64,000 nt of DNA from a virus (IMGVR_UViG_3300011577_000001); one strand, 5' to 3'. Shown: positions 19,042 to 28,010, counted from the stretch's first letter. Numbers and translations: made by a program. Notes: generated by a model not told the origin, from the sequence alone.

Positions 19042-21270
19042 TTATGCCGCGGTAGACGCTGGAACAAAGTCCGAAACCAACTTGGTATTATTGTCGTTAG
19101 ACAAGAACACGCCGAGCGATTCCAAGATCAGATAGAACGGTCGGACTGTAGAGTATACCAGTTTGCGAATGTTCATTGCTGACAGCACTTCTTTTGGTAG
19201 ACCTGTCAACTCCACTACGTCCTTAGGCAGCAGCAACGTGGTAGCGTTGGTTTTGCCAGCGTAAGTCGCAGTAAGGGTTTCTTTGATCTGCGGATCTTCG
19301 ATACCATCCAACCAGAGTTGCAGTGCCGTTTTGTTCGGCAGGTCGAGGGATACCTTGATCGCTTGGTACGGCGGCTTTGGAGCCTCGCCGTATTTTGGAC
19401 GGAACACTCGCTCCCACAGGAGGTAGTGTTGGTATGGTGACTGGCCTGGGTTTGCATAAGCAGCCGGGTCTTTCACCGAAGTCCGTGCCAGGTAAGTCGA
19501 TTCAGCACGCATCACAGAACCGATAATGCCGTGTTCGATATCTGCCACACGTTGCATGATCTCGGTGATGCTGATCTTCTTACCGTCGATTACAGTATCC
19601 ATGATCTCGCACATGGTGGCCGTAACCTGTTTCATGATTGCTGGAGGACAGTTCGAGTCTTTGAGGTAAACCCCTTTGATCTCTTCTTCCAACTCAGCAA
19701 ACACGTTCCCTTCTTTGGCTGCCTTGTAGGCGTAGTAATGCTTAGCCATCGAAGTCAGCGAGAACACCGAGAAAGCAAACTCGTTCTTCATCGCCAGTAC
19801 GTTCAGCTTGTCTGGTACCACACCGAGTGTAGTCGACAGCATAGCCAACACGTGGATGATCGACTGCGTAGCCAGGTAAACCATGGTGTAGTCCACGGCA
19901 AAAGCGGTTTCGCTAAAGTCAATCTTACCGGTGTACCACTCAACCCAGTTCTGCACGGTGAAGATCGTGGAGTCTGTGTCGGAGGTGATCGCAACGTGAC
20001 GGACAGAATCTCGAATCCATGCAACCGAAGCAGGCATGTTGTCGGATACCCAAAACGCTTTGATCAGGTACTGGTAGTCGTTCAGTACAGCGTGGATGTT
20101 CTTGATGGTCGCACCGATCAAGCAGTAGTTCGCAGGATTGACTTCCAACAAACGACCCAGACCCAAGCCTTGTAGCTCCTTAGCGCACAGGAGGCTCACA
20201 AACGCTTTTAAGTCTGCATCCATACCCTTGACATAGACTTTCGCTTCTTCAAGCTCCAGCGGCACCTCAGCCTTCATAGAGAGGCGTGCCATGAACACCC
20301 GCATTGGTCCGTCGTTGTACTTCGCTAGATGCCAGCAATCGCCGACATACGCAAAGGCCGAACGTTGCAGATCGTTCATCCCTTCAACCAGCTTACGGAT
20401 TTCCGCAATCTGACTTTTGTTGTTCCAGTAGTGGTGGGTGGAGTACAGGATCAGCTCCATGACTTCATCCACGGTCGGAGCACGGAAACCGTACAGCGAC
20501 ATGGCTTTCTCGATCAACTCATAGTCAACATGACCAATGATGCTGACGATGTTAGCCTTCACTACATCAGGACACCAGTAGTGACGGTTACCGGCCAAGA
20601 ACTTCTCGTTGTTGGCGTTCCCCAAACTGGTAGCCACTCGACAGGTCGAAGTCAGGCTCGAGTGAGCAGACTTGTTGTGCAGAATGGTGGAGGTCGACGC
20701 CTGTGCCCCGGACAGACTGTTGTTGGCAATCTTGTACGTAGTCTGTTCGTTCTCCTTGAGTTCCGCCAGTTCTTCCATCTGAGTGGCGTGTCTGCGAAAC
20801 TTTGCCGCGGCAACGGTATCGCCTGATTTCTCAGCCTCGGCTGCTTTCAGGTTCGATTCTTGTTGCTCCATCTGTGCATTGTGACCTTCCTTCTTCACAG
20901 CACCCCGGCCGACGATGTTACCGGTGATGTATTCCGACAACAGGGACGGAATAACGTCTGGGTGTTCGTACACAGTCATGGACGGTGCAAACAACCAGTT
21001 GTTGTCCTTGATGTCCTTGAGGTAAGTTGAGTAGGTCATCTCCGTACGCTCACGGTCACCGACTTTGTTGCGGTGCAGGCAGTACAGAGCTGGGTCTTTG
21101 ATCTCGAATTTACCACCAGGACCTGTCACGCGATGAATGTAAGCCTGACAGTCTTCCAACGGCTTCCCCGTACGGACATGCAAGAATATCGCCATGTCTC
21201 GACGGTAGTTAGCCAGAATATCGAGGTCTCGCTTATAAGCGGACGCTGGCTTGATGAAATGGTTTTCCAT
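19042..21270 (-). CDS. Family-B DNA polymerase catalytic subunit (phiKZ gp50-like)
   Basis: PolB motif B (YKIANNSLSGA) and motif C (TSDTDSTIF); start moved to ATG 21270 (GGGAG SD). Confidence 0.9.
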   Translation of the reverse strand: MENHFIKPASAYKRDLDILANYRRDMAIFLHVRTGKPLEDCQAYIHRVTGPGGKFEIKDPALYCLHRNKVGDRERTEMTYSTYLKDIKDNNWLFAPSMTVYEHPDVIPSLLSEYITGNIVGRGAVKKEGHNAQMEQQESNLKAAEAEKSGDTVAAAKFRRHATQMEELAELKENEQTTYKIANNSLSGAQASTSTILHNKSAHSSLTSTCRVATSLGNANNEKFLAGNRHYWCPDVVKANIVSIIGHVDYELIEKAMSLYGFRAPTVDEVMELILYSTHHYWNNKSQIAEIRKLVEGMNDLQRSAFAYVGDCWHLAKYNDGPMRVFMARLSMKAEVPLELEEAKVYVKGMDADLKAFVSLLCAKELQGLGLGRLLEVNPANYCLIGATIKNIHAVLNDYQYLIKAFWVSDNMPASVAWIRDSVRHVAITSDTDSTIFTVQNWVEWYTGKIDFSETAFAVDYTMVYLATQSIIHVLAMLSTTLGVVPDKLNVLAMKNEFAFSVFSLTSMAKHYYAYKAAKEGNVFAELEEEIKGVYLKDSNCPPAIMKQVTATMCEIMDTVIDGKKISITEIMQRVADIEHGIIGSVMRAESTYLARTSVKDPAAYANPGQSPYQHYLLWERVFRPKYGEAPKPPYQAIKVSLDLPNKTALQLWLDGIEDPQIKETLTATYAGKTNATTLLLPKDVVELTGLPKEVLSAMNIRKLVYSTVRPFYLILESLGVFLSNDNNTKLVSDFVPASTAA

Positions 21271-21362
21271 TAGTGCTCCCGAAAGCGGTAGTCCCACATT
21301 CTATTACCCACGGACAGATTTAAATACAGACGTCATAAAAGGAGGCCGAAGCCTCCCTCTAT

Positions 21363-21980
21363 TTATTCCTCAGCGGAACCTTCTTGCTCTGCAACCACAT
21401 TCGCCATATCGACGTTGATGGTCCACTCTTCGAAGAGCTTGCCGATGTGGGCTTTCTCTTCTTCGGTGCGTTGGGCAGGTTGGTTCACGATCACTTCTTT
21501 CAGTGGGAACGGGAACTTTGGCAGCTCGGTCCCTTCGGACTTCACTTCCAGATCAATCTTGATCCATGGGTGACGCTCACCGCTCTGGGTGGTATACACG
21601 TCCACTTCCCATTTCAGGTCGGTACCTTCGATGTTGAAGAAGTACCGGGTCTTGTTCAGGCCTTTGTCGGCGAACATGCGGAAGAGATCGAAGTAGTCCT
21701 TGGTGCAGATCTGTTCGACTTCCCGCTTACCGAGTTCGGCGGAGAACTTGGCCTTGACGCACATGTGGTACACGTTGTCGTTGATGGCCCGTACGCGACA
21801 CTGAGCGAAGTTACCCTCACCACGATCGCGGTAAGATTCCCATTGCTCTTGTTTCTCCTGGCCGTCGGCCTGTTCCAGGAAACTCCAATCCTCTACACGA
21901 GCAAAGAACGTGTATTCGATTTCTTGTTGGACTTGCCCGTTGGCTTCATCCTCGAGCGAAATCCTCAAACGCTTCAACAT
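21363..21980 (-). CDS. CYTH (triphosphate tunnel metalloenzyme) protein
   Basis: EIEYTF (ExExK-like), RVR, KTRY, WEVDVY and IDLEV. Confidence 0.8.
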   Translation of the reverse strand: MLKRLRISLEDEANGQVQQEIEYTFFARVEDWSFLEQADGQEKQEQWESYRDRGEGNFAQCRVRAINDNVYHMCVKAKFSAELGKREVEQICTKDYFDLFRMFADKGLNKTRYFFNIEGTDLKWEVDVYTTQSGERHPWIKIDLEVKSEGTELPKFPFPLKEVIVNQPAQRTEEEKAHIGKLFEEWTINVDMANVVAEQEGSAEE

Positions 21981-22028
21981 TGTCCATCCCTCGCAAAAAA
22001 AAAAAGAGCTAGGGCCGAAGCCCTGTAC

Positions 22029-22442
22029 TCAGAGTGGTTTCGCCGACAGTTCCACGTGATCGTATCCGTTCGCCGCCAACAACGCCAGGATGTGCTCGTA
22101 GTCATCAGGTTTGACTTGAGAGATCTTGGCGTAGAGGGTTTCGAAGTTCATGGATACGATGGTGGATTCCCTGATCCATGGCAAGCCGAGGATTTCGAAC
22201 TCGCCAGAGGGATGTTGAATGCGCACGTACATGTACGCAGTCGGATCGTCCGGCGTACCGGCTGGGAGTGAGGGATAAACGTTGACGTGTTTCTCCTGCA
22301 CGCTGAGCCCCAGAGCACGAGCCGTGGTGTCGTCGATGATGCCCAACACTTTCACGTTCTTGTAGCTCGAAGGGAGCGCAGCGGCAGGGTAGACTGAAAA
22401 CGAGACAGTGCTCTTGGGGATCAGTAAGTCCTGGGTAGCCAT
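22029..22442 (-). CDS. Conserved core protein (phiKZ gp49-like)
   Basis: 137 aa with HVNVYPSLP and ILGLPWIRE. Confidence 0.7.
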   Translation of the reverse strand: MATQDLLIPKSTVSFSVYPAAALPSSYKNVKVLGIIDDTTARALGLSVQEKHVNVYPSLPAGTPDDPTAYMYVRIQHPSGEFEILGLPWIRESTIVSMNFETLYAKISQVKPDDYEHILALLAANGYDHVELSAKPL

Positions 22443-22789
22443 GGGAAGTAGGTCTCCTTGAACTCGACGAAGATCAAGCCTCGTCCGTTCAATACTTTAA
22501 TAGAAAGAAGAGGACCTCTTACCATTGATTGCCAGAACCGTTCCCGCCTGATTCCTTCCACCAGATCCCAAAACAACTGGAATTGCTCGTGGTCGTACTC
22601 AGGGATATCGTAGTCATGCGGATCTACGATACCCAGAACAATGCTGATTAGCAGCTCAAGGTATTCAGTGCGCTCTTCATCATAAGGTGTATCCTCATAA
22701 TGATTCCCCTCCAAACAGGAAGAACGCAAAACCCCGTACTGCTTTAGAGCCTCCGCCAGGCTGTGTGACACGAAGGCAACTCGACCCAC
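22421..22789 (-). CDS. Hypothetical protein (position of phiKZ gp48)
   Basis: 122 aa, GTG start with GAGG SD. Confidence 0.6.
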   Translation of the reverse strand: MGRVAFVSHSLAEALKQYGVLRSSCLEGNHYEDTPYDEERTEYLELLISIVLGIVDPHDYDIPEYDHEQFQLFWDLVEGIRRERFWQSMVRGPLLSIKVLNGRGLIFVEFKETYFPWLPRTY

Positions 22790-22797
22790 GATGACCT

Positions 22798-23154
22798 CTA
22801 CTTAGTAGCCACCACCATTACGGTCTGGCTAACGAGTGCTTGGAAACGGTAGTTTAACTTACCGGATTCATCGTACAGGCGCATCTGACGCATGCACTTC
22901 TGCAACCCGTTAGCCAGGTTCTGGAGTGCATCCACCATGATGTCACCATCGAACCCTGAACCGCCTTCGCGGAGATTCAGTTCACGGTGCGACTCGATGT
23001 AAGCGGTAAGTGTGTTCATGTTATTACTATCGTGCAAATGATTAATTACATCAGACACGATTGTTTTCAGATCATAGTCCACCACAGACATTCGTGCTAC
23101 GGCGGCTTGGAACTGACTTAAAACATGGACACTGTTGAGAGCACAAGTAAGCAT
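22798..23154 (-). CDS. Hypothetical protein (position of phiKZ gp47)
   Basis: 118 aa with GAGG SD. Confidence 0.6.
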   Translation of the reverse strand: MLTCALNSVHVLSQFQAAVARMSVVDYDLKTIVSDVINHLHDSNNMNTLTAYIESHRELNLREGGSGFDGDIMVDALQNLANGLQKCMRQMRLYDESGKLNYRFQALVSQTVMVVATK

Positions 23155-23189
23155 GGGAAATCCTCGTCATAAAGCGAGGGCCAATGCCC

Positions 23190-23606
23190 TCATCGAAATG
23201 GTTCAATCAAGATGTTGTTTCCGATCCATCTGCGGATCTCGTGATAACCATAGTTGGGTAGTGGGGTATAGCAGTTAACCATACTTACTACGCGGTCATG
23301 AATTTCACTGGCCAGTGCGGTAAGCTGGTGTATCTCGATAGCCTCACTGTCCGTAAGCTCGGTTTGAGCATTAGGACGGTGTGCTATAAAGTAGTCGGAC
23401 ATGACAGCCAACGTCGACCACATGGTGGGTCGTTTATCAAACGATTGGTTGAGGTCCGACAGGGAGAACGATAACTCGACTAAGCCCTTCACGCTGAGCT
23501 GGTGCTCAGCGAGATAGCTTTCGAGGTGATCGTACTCTTTGACAATTCGTTCGACGGGAACGAGGATATGTTCATTTTGCACGATAACCAATCCTTCCAT
23601 ATCCAC
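23190..23606 (-). CDS. Hypothetical protein
   Basis: 138 aa with GAGGAG SD. Confidence 0.6.
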   Translation of the reverse strand: MDMEGLVIVQNEHILVPVERIVKEYDHLESYLAEHQLSVKGLVELSFSLSDLNQSFDKRPTMWSTLAVMSDYFIAHRPNAQTELTDSEAIEIHQLTALASEIHDRVVSMVNCYTPLPNYGYHEIRRWIGNNILIEPFR

Positions 23607-23626
23607 TCTCCTCAGAGTGTGTCAGG

Positions 23627-24058
23627 TTAGTAGATGTCTATTAAGTACCCGCGATCAGTGTGCTTGAGGTCAAACGACCAATCACGGTTCCGCATCAACT
23701 TGCCAACGTACTGTCTGGCAATGCGACGAGTTAGCCCATACACGTACTCGTAATGCCGAAGCATCCGGTGATCATTGTGAAAGGCATAATACTCGTCGTT
23801 GCACATGTTGTCGACCAACACCTCATCCATCGCCATGACCAGACTTTCGTCGTACGCCATTGGATCGTGGGTCAACTCACCATGTAGCACATTCAGAATG
23901 AAATCTGCCCGACCCATGCCGAGCATGTTCAGAATGCGCTGCTCCATCACTGGAAAATGCGAATCGGGGATATAGATGTACACGATATCTTTCTCAGATG
24001 TCGGTGAGGTATCCAGTAATCCCAAGCTGTCGACGAAGTTCCTCAGGATACCAGTCAC
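23627..24058 (-). CDS. Hypothetical protein
   Basis: 143 aa, tightly packed in the operon. Confidence 0.55.
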   Translation of the reverse strand: MTGILRNFVDSLGLLDTSPTSEKDIVYIYIPDSHFPVMEQRILNMLGMGRADFILNVLHGELTHDPMAYDESLVMAMDEVLVDNMCNDEYYAFHNDHRMLRHYEYVYGLTRRIARQYVGKLMRNRDWSFDLKHTDRGYLIDIY

Positions 24059-24500
24059 CTTTGTCCACTCCTTCTTGTATCTGTCGACGCAATACGTCAG
24101 TCGGGTTCTCAGGGCGACTGCGTGCTAGTTGATGGATCACCACGTCTCCGCGTGGGGTCAAATCAAAGTCCCAACTCCAGTCTTCTACTTCCACTTGTAC
24201 CAATGACCACACATACTTCTTAATGGAGTCAATGGCTTCTTCGAGCATATCCTCGACTTGGTCAACAGGAATCCGATCGCTATATGACTGAATGTAGTTG
24301 ACCAAGCTTTGGTAGTTCGACATTACGTTTCCATAGAAAACGTTTTCCACTAACCCGAAGTAGAAACCACTCAGGTCAATGAACTTGGCTTGGGCGCCCA
24401 AGTATTCAGCTAGGCGCCCCTCCAATTGTCTAATGACAGGAGCCCCAGGGATGACAGTTGACGCCACGAGAGTTACTCCAATCCCAAATCCGGTAGTCAC
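23994..24500 (-). CDS. Hypothetical protein
   Basis: 168 aa, tightly packed in the operon. Confidence 0.55.
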   Translation of the reverse strand: MTTGFGIGVTLVASTVIPGAPVIRQLEGRLAEYLGAQAKFIDLSGFYFGLVENVFYGNVMSNYQSLVNYIQSYSDRIPVDQVEDMLEEAIDSIKKYVWSLVQVEVEDWSWDFDLTPRGDVVIHQLARSRPENPTDVLRRQIQEGVDKGDWYPEELRRQLGITGYLTDI

Positions 24501-24948
24501 CTTTACGCTCCAGAATCAAGTTATAACCGAACTCCTTGATTTCGAACACATCCCAGCTCGGTTGATCGCCGAAGTACTTACCGAAGATCTGATTGATCAG
24601 ACATTCGATTGGGTCACCAACGGCATCTACAAACATAGCTTTAAATTGCGGATGTAGATATTCATCGTTTGGACACAAGCGAGCCATTGCTCCCGCCCGG
24701 TGGCCACGTTCGATGAACTCTTTCGGGAACGGGCCAAAAGCACGGGTGAGTTTCTTCTCCCGTGTTTCAATCTCCCACCAAGGTAGCCAACTACGCAGTT
24801 GTTGGAGCACCATCGCTTTGGCCAAGAGTATGCACTTTGGCCGTGTTGCTGCCGGGATCAAGTGGTGCGCACCGATCTCCAAGTAGAAGTTATCAAGCCT
24901 GTACTTCAGTTGCAGCGCAATGGTTTCTACTGGATACAAGAAGTTCAT
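24430..24948 (-). CDS. Hypothetical protein
   Basis: 172 aa with GAGG SD and the segment LILERKGDYRIWDW. Confidence 0.6.
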   Translation of the reverse strand: MNFLYPVETIALQLKYRLDNFYLEIGAHHLIPAATRPKCILLAKAMVLQQLRSWLPWWEIETREKKLTRAFGPFPKEFIERGHRAGAMARLCPNDEYLHPQFKAMFVDAVGDPIECLINQIFGKYFGDQPSWDVFEIKEFGYNLILERKGDYRIWDWSNSRGVNCHPWGSCH

Positions 24949-24955
24949 GCCAACC

Positions 24956-25306
24956 TCATTTACTGAACAAGTACAACCCAGTTGTGAGGATCTCCAAACG
25001 AAGTTCTCCTTCCGGGATGTGATGGTAACCGCATGAGGTTATCAATTTGAACAAACGCTCTCGAAGTAGGTTAGACGAATCCATGTCGTGGATAGTTCTC
25101 AGAACAGGAACCGAAGTCTCCTGTTTAATGCTGAGTAGTGTACAGGATTCGATTACATCGATAACCCATGCACGTTCTATCACACCGACTGTAGTCATGA
25201 AATCGCATCCAGGAAACAGATCGCGATTCTTCGAGAGAGCCTGCACAACCTCACCATGTATCAACGGTTGTATGTTGCGATAATCCGCAACCAATTGAAG
25301 GCCCAT
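24956..25306 (-). CDS. Hypothetical protein, first gene of an early operon
   Basis: 116 aa directly downstream of the early promoter at 25333-25362. Confidence 0.6.
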   Translation of the reverse strand: MGLQLVADYRNIQPLIHGEVVQALSKNRDLFPGCDFMTTVGVIERAWVIDVIESCTLLSIKQETSVPVLRTIHDMDSSNLLRERLFKLITSCGYHHIPEGELRLEILTTGLYLFSK

Positions 25307-25332
25307 AGTTTCTTACCTTTCTGAAGGTTAGT

Positions 25333-25362
25333 CACTTGGATAATATAGGTCTAAAACTTATT
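25333..25362 (-). promoter_or_regulatory. Early promoter
   Basis: Minus strand reads TTTTAGACC-TATATTAT-CCAAGTG. Confidence 0.75.
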
Positions 25363-25454
25363 GGGATGGCGTCTATGACGCTTTCTCTATAGGATCAGGG
25401 GTATGTGTCAATTTAAACAGTCTGTTGCTTAAAACGCAAAATAGACGGCATAAA

Positions 25455-25768
25455 AGGTAAATCCCCACAACGCACCCCGCGGACACGAGGAGCGCCGTGG
25501 GGCGCCTCACCAACAACACAAGGTCCGCTTAGGAGGACGGACATGAAGCGACACCCGGATCGCTTCCCTAAACACACTCAGTCAAGGTCGGCCGCCAGAG
25601 AACCGAGAGTGTTTAAGGCTGCGGTCAAGACGCTAAATCCCGTCGATGGTTAACGGGAGGGTCTACAACAACAACTTGTGGGATTCGCCGTCCCACCAGA
25701 CCTTTTCAGTTACTTAGCACTTGCGAGGCGCTAAGTACTTCCTTACTGCCCCTGTGATGGAAGGTCTA
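25455..25768. ncRNA. Putative structured ncRNA (hairpin series with CAA-rich linkers)
   Basis: No credible ORF. Consecutive hairpins CCCCAC/GTGGGG, AAACAC/GTGTTT, TCCCGT/ACGGGA, GTGGGA/TCCCAC and TACTTAGC/GCTAAGTA. Confidence 0.5.
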
Positions 25769-25769
25769 G

Positions 25770-26095
25770 GTACACAGGAGTCCTACCCTAACACGGGTTG
25801 GATTACACGCACAAGGCGACAAGCCGCGCTCGCAGCGGCCGCCGTGCAGGTGTCAAGCAGCTTTCGCCCTTTGGGCTGTCTACACTTACAGGATGACTCG
25901 GTTCTTAGCCAAGGTCCTGATTTGGGGTTCTGTCCTGAAAGTAGTAACAGTTCCTACGACACTGGGGTTTAATCCAGGAAAGCTCAACTCAAGAGTGAGT
26001 GGGGAAGCCGAAACCTCCCAGACAGTTAATGGCCCGACGGGGTGGGGTCCTGTCCAAGGTTAGGGTAGATTAGCTCCTAACCAAGACTTTCGATA
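25770..26095 (-). ncRNA. Putative ~325 nt multibranched ncRNA
   Basis: Long-range 10 bp helix CTACCCTAAC (25783-25792) with GTTAGGGTAG (26059-26068); minus-strand UUCG and GAAA loops with G-U pairs. Confidence 0.6.
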
Positions 26096-26105
26096 CACTC
26101 ACGTT

Positions 26106-26192
26106 TGGTACCCGAAGTCGGACTCGAACCGACATGGCTCAAGGCCGTCGCATTTTAAGTGCGGTGCGTCTCACCAATTTCACCATTCGGGC
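26106..26192 (-). tRNA. tRNA-Leu(TAA)
   Basis: Cloverleaf with anticodon loop CTTAAAA, long variable arm, GTTCGAGTC and encoded CCA. Confidence 0.93.
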
Positions 26193-26277
26193 AAATGGGT
26201 GCCTTCTCTACTTTGCCAGGTAAGGGTTCTTTGTTTCCACGCGCAGATCCACTCATTGACGAGAGAAGACATTGAAA

Positions 26278-26376
26278 GGGGTCCCCTGATGGATTCGAAC
26301 CACCGACCGTCGCATCCATTCTGTCCCAGGTTTGGACCAAGATGCACAACTCTAACCGACTGAGTTTAAGGAGACC
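26278..26376 (-). ncRNA. tRNA-like RNA with extended anticodon arm and no CCA
   Basis: Acceptor GTCTCCT/AGGGGAC, D arm and T arm (GGTTCGAATCC) are present. The anticodon stem GCATC/GATGC encloses about 24 nt containing a GTCC/GGAC hairpin. Confidence 0.7.
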
Positions 26377-26453
26377 ATCAACTGAATTCCCTGGGGAACC
26401 TTAATCGACTTGGAAGCCATTCAAAGTTTGATGGGAGACTCCCCAAGGGAAAG

Positions 26454-26541
26454 TGGCGGAAGGACAGGGACTCGAACCCTGGGACCTGTTACAGTCGGCG
26501 GTTTTCAAGACCGCTGCAATACGCCGCTATGCGACCCTTCC
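26454..26541 (-). tRNA. tRNA-Ser(TGA)
   Basis: Anticodon loop CTTGAAA, long variable arm, GCCA end. Confidence 0.93.
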
Positions 26542-26547
26542 GAAAAT

Positions 26548-26848
26548 CAAGCCAGGGCTATTCCCTGGAGTCACTCCCATGGCTAGGCACCATGACCGAT
26601 TAGAGCGAGGTCCTAAGCGAAACCGATCGGCACGGTTACTCGCTTACTCTTTCGAGTACGGATGTCTAGGCGTCTCGTTGTGTGAGCAACGATCCACTCG
26701 CCCGCAGGACAGGGCCACCAGCAGGGCAGGCGCTTGGTGTTCCTTGGTCAGGCTTTCGCCCGAGACAGCAGTTTCAGCATTCCTTTCGGGATATGCTTAG
26801 TCTTCGCTTTACGACGAGGACTGTAGAACGGAAAACCAGGCATGGCTC
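26548..26848 (-). ncRNA. Putative ~300 nt structured ncRNA between two tRNA-Ser genes
   Basis: Ends pair (AGCCA..GGTTTTCC with GGAATAGCC..TGGCT); three C-GAAA-G tetraloop hairpins on the minus strand. Confidence 0.65.
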
Positions 26849-26864
26849 TCTCCTTCTTAGAAAG

Positions 26865-26952
26865 TGGCAGTAGGTGAGAGATTCGAACTCTCGTGGCTGT
26901 TACACCAACACGCTTTCCAGGCGTGCCTTTTCGACCGCTCAAGCAACCTACT
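26865..26952 (-). tRNA. tRNA-Ser(GGA)
   Basis: Anticodon loop CTGGAAA, long variable arm, GCCA end. Confidence 0.92.
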
Positions 26953-26970
26953 GTGAAAGGTAAAGCAAAG

Positions 26971-27421
26971 TTCAATCAATACCCGGTGTGTGGTATCTTT
27001 TCGTTTACAGATCTGGTGGCCCAGCCAGGATTTCGGGTTGTACCTGGAATGCTACCTTGGAGGGTAGAGTTATACCTTTCGGCGTTTTTAACTATTGGGC
27101 CTTTCTTACCACACCACTGATTGAATCCCGCGAGGGAACTTCCAAACAGATAGACAAGATTCCTTTGTAACGCGTATTGTATTCGCTCTCTTTCAAACGA
27201 GTGGCCAGGGGAGCCTTCGGACCCTACTCCCACGTGGAACCCCGGTTGGTGGGGCTGCTTTAGAGCTTTTAGCGACTGGCCTTTCTACGTTACCGCTGTC
27301 TATCAAAATCACAAGCAGTAGATTTCACCGTACCGTCGGCTGTGATGTTACTTTCTACTTGCCTAGGCTTTCGCCTTGATTCCCTGCATCCAGACTCGCG
27401 TTACTGGATACTGCTTGTGAT
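26971..27421 (-). ncRNA. Three tandem closed structured domains (putative ncRNA or ncRNAs)
   Basis: Closing helices TTCAATCA/TGATTGAA (26971-27125), GATAGACA/TGTCTATC (27149-27304) and a perfect 13 bp ATCACAAGCAGTA/TACTGCTTGTGAT (27308-27421). Confidence 0.6.
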
Positions 27422-27463
27422 CTTTGTCAACCATCTTGTCGAGGACGACAACACAGTCGAACA

Positions 27464-27539
27464 TGGCACGCACCCAGGGAGTCGAACCCCGAACCTACGG
27501 ATTTGGAATCCGTTGCTCTGCCAATTGAGCTAGGCACGT
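27464..27539 (-). tRNA. tRNA-Trp(CCA)
   Basis: 76 nt cloverleaf, anticodon loop TTCCAAA, CCA end. Confidence 0.93.
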
Positions 27540-27546
27540 GTAAAAC

Positions 27547-27622
27547 TGGTAGCACCAAGTGGGCTCGAACCACCGACCTCACCCTTATCAGGGGTGCGCT
27601 CTACCAACTGAGCTATAGCGCT
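27547..27622 (-). tRNA. tRNA-Ile(GAT)
   Basis: 76 nt cloverleaf, anticodon loop CTGATAA, CCA end. Confidence 0.95.
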
Positions 27623-27629
27623 ATGAAAC

Positions 27630-28001
27630 TTAACCGCGACGGTTATAGTTGACGCGCTGGACTTCCAGCTCGACATACAATTCCATCGGGTATTGAGAAG
27701 GCAGTTCTACCGAGACACGCGCGATGGCAGTCTCAGGGTTGACGAATACCGCAAACGGAGCATTGGCGAAGGAGCCCAACACGCCTTGCATCTGGACACC
27801 ACGCTCGGTTTCGCTCTTGATCGGGCTGGTGATGTTGCAGGCAATGTCCACACCGTCAACGGTGGTGACACGCACTGCTTTCACCGACTCGATGGAGTCA
27901 GTACTGTCGAACTCTTCGGTCTGTGTAGCAATCAGACCAAACAGGTTGACTTGGCTAACCTTGAGCGGCAAACGAACGTGGTCAACAGGATACTTGTACA
28001 T
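27630..28001 (-). CDS. Beta-rich hypothetical protein, paralog of the C-terminal domain of the upstream Tad2-like fusion
   Basis: 123 aa; aligns by eye with residues ~90-211 of the upstream ORF. Confidence 0.7.
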   Translation of the reverse strand: MYKYPVDHVRLPLKVSQVNLFGLIATQTEEFDSTDSIESVKAVRVTTVDGVDIACNITSPIKSETERGVQMQGVLGSFANAPFAVFVNPETAIARVSVELPSQYPMELYVELEVQRVNYNRRG

Positions 28002-28010
28002 GACAGCCCC

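Noticed and set aside
21995-22006. Poly-A runs (also 56732, 55900, 39928) as phase-variation or frameshift sites
   Set aside because: They are intergenic or adjacent to hairpins, and are best explained as terminator U-tracts on the minus strand.
26548-26848. RNase P RNA, tmRNA or group I intron identity for the structured elements
   Set aside because: I could not find GAGGAAAGUCC, a tmRNA tag with Ala acceptor ends, or P7 consensus segments by eye. A covariance search is still needed.
25721-27533. Short ORFs across the tRNA cluster (for example 26453-26800, 26748-26975, 26976-27233)
   Set aside because: They overlap tRNAs or structured elements and lack SD sequences and phage codon bias.
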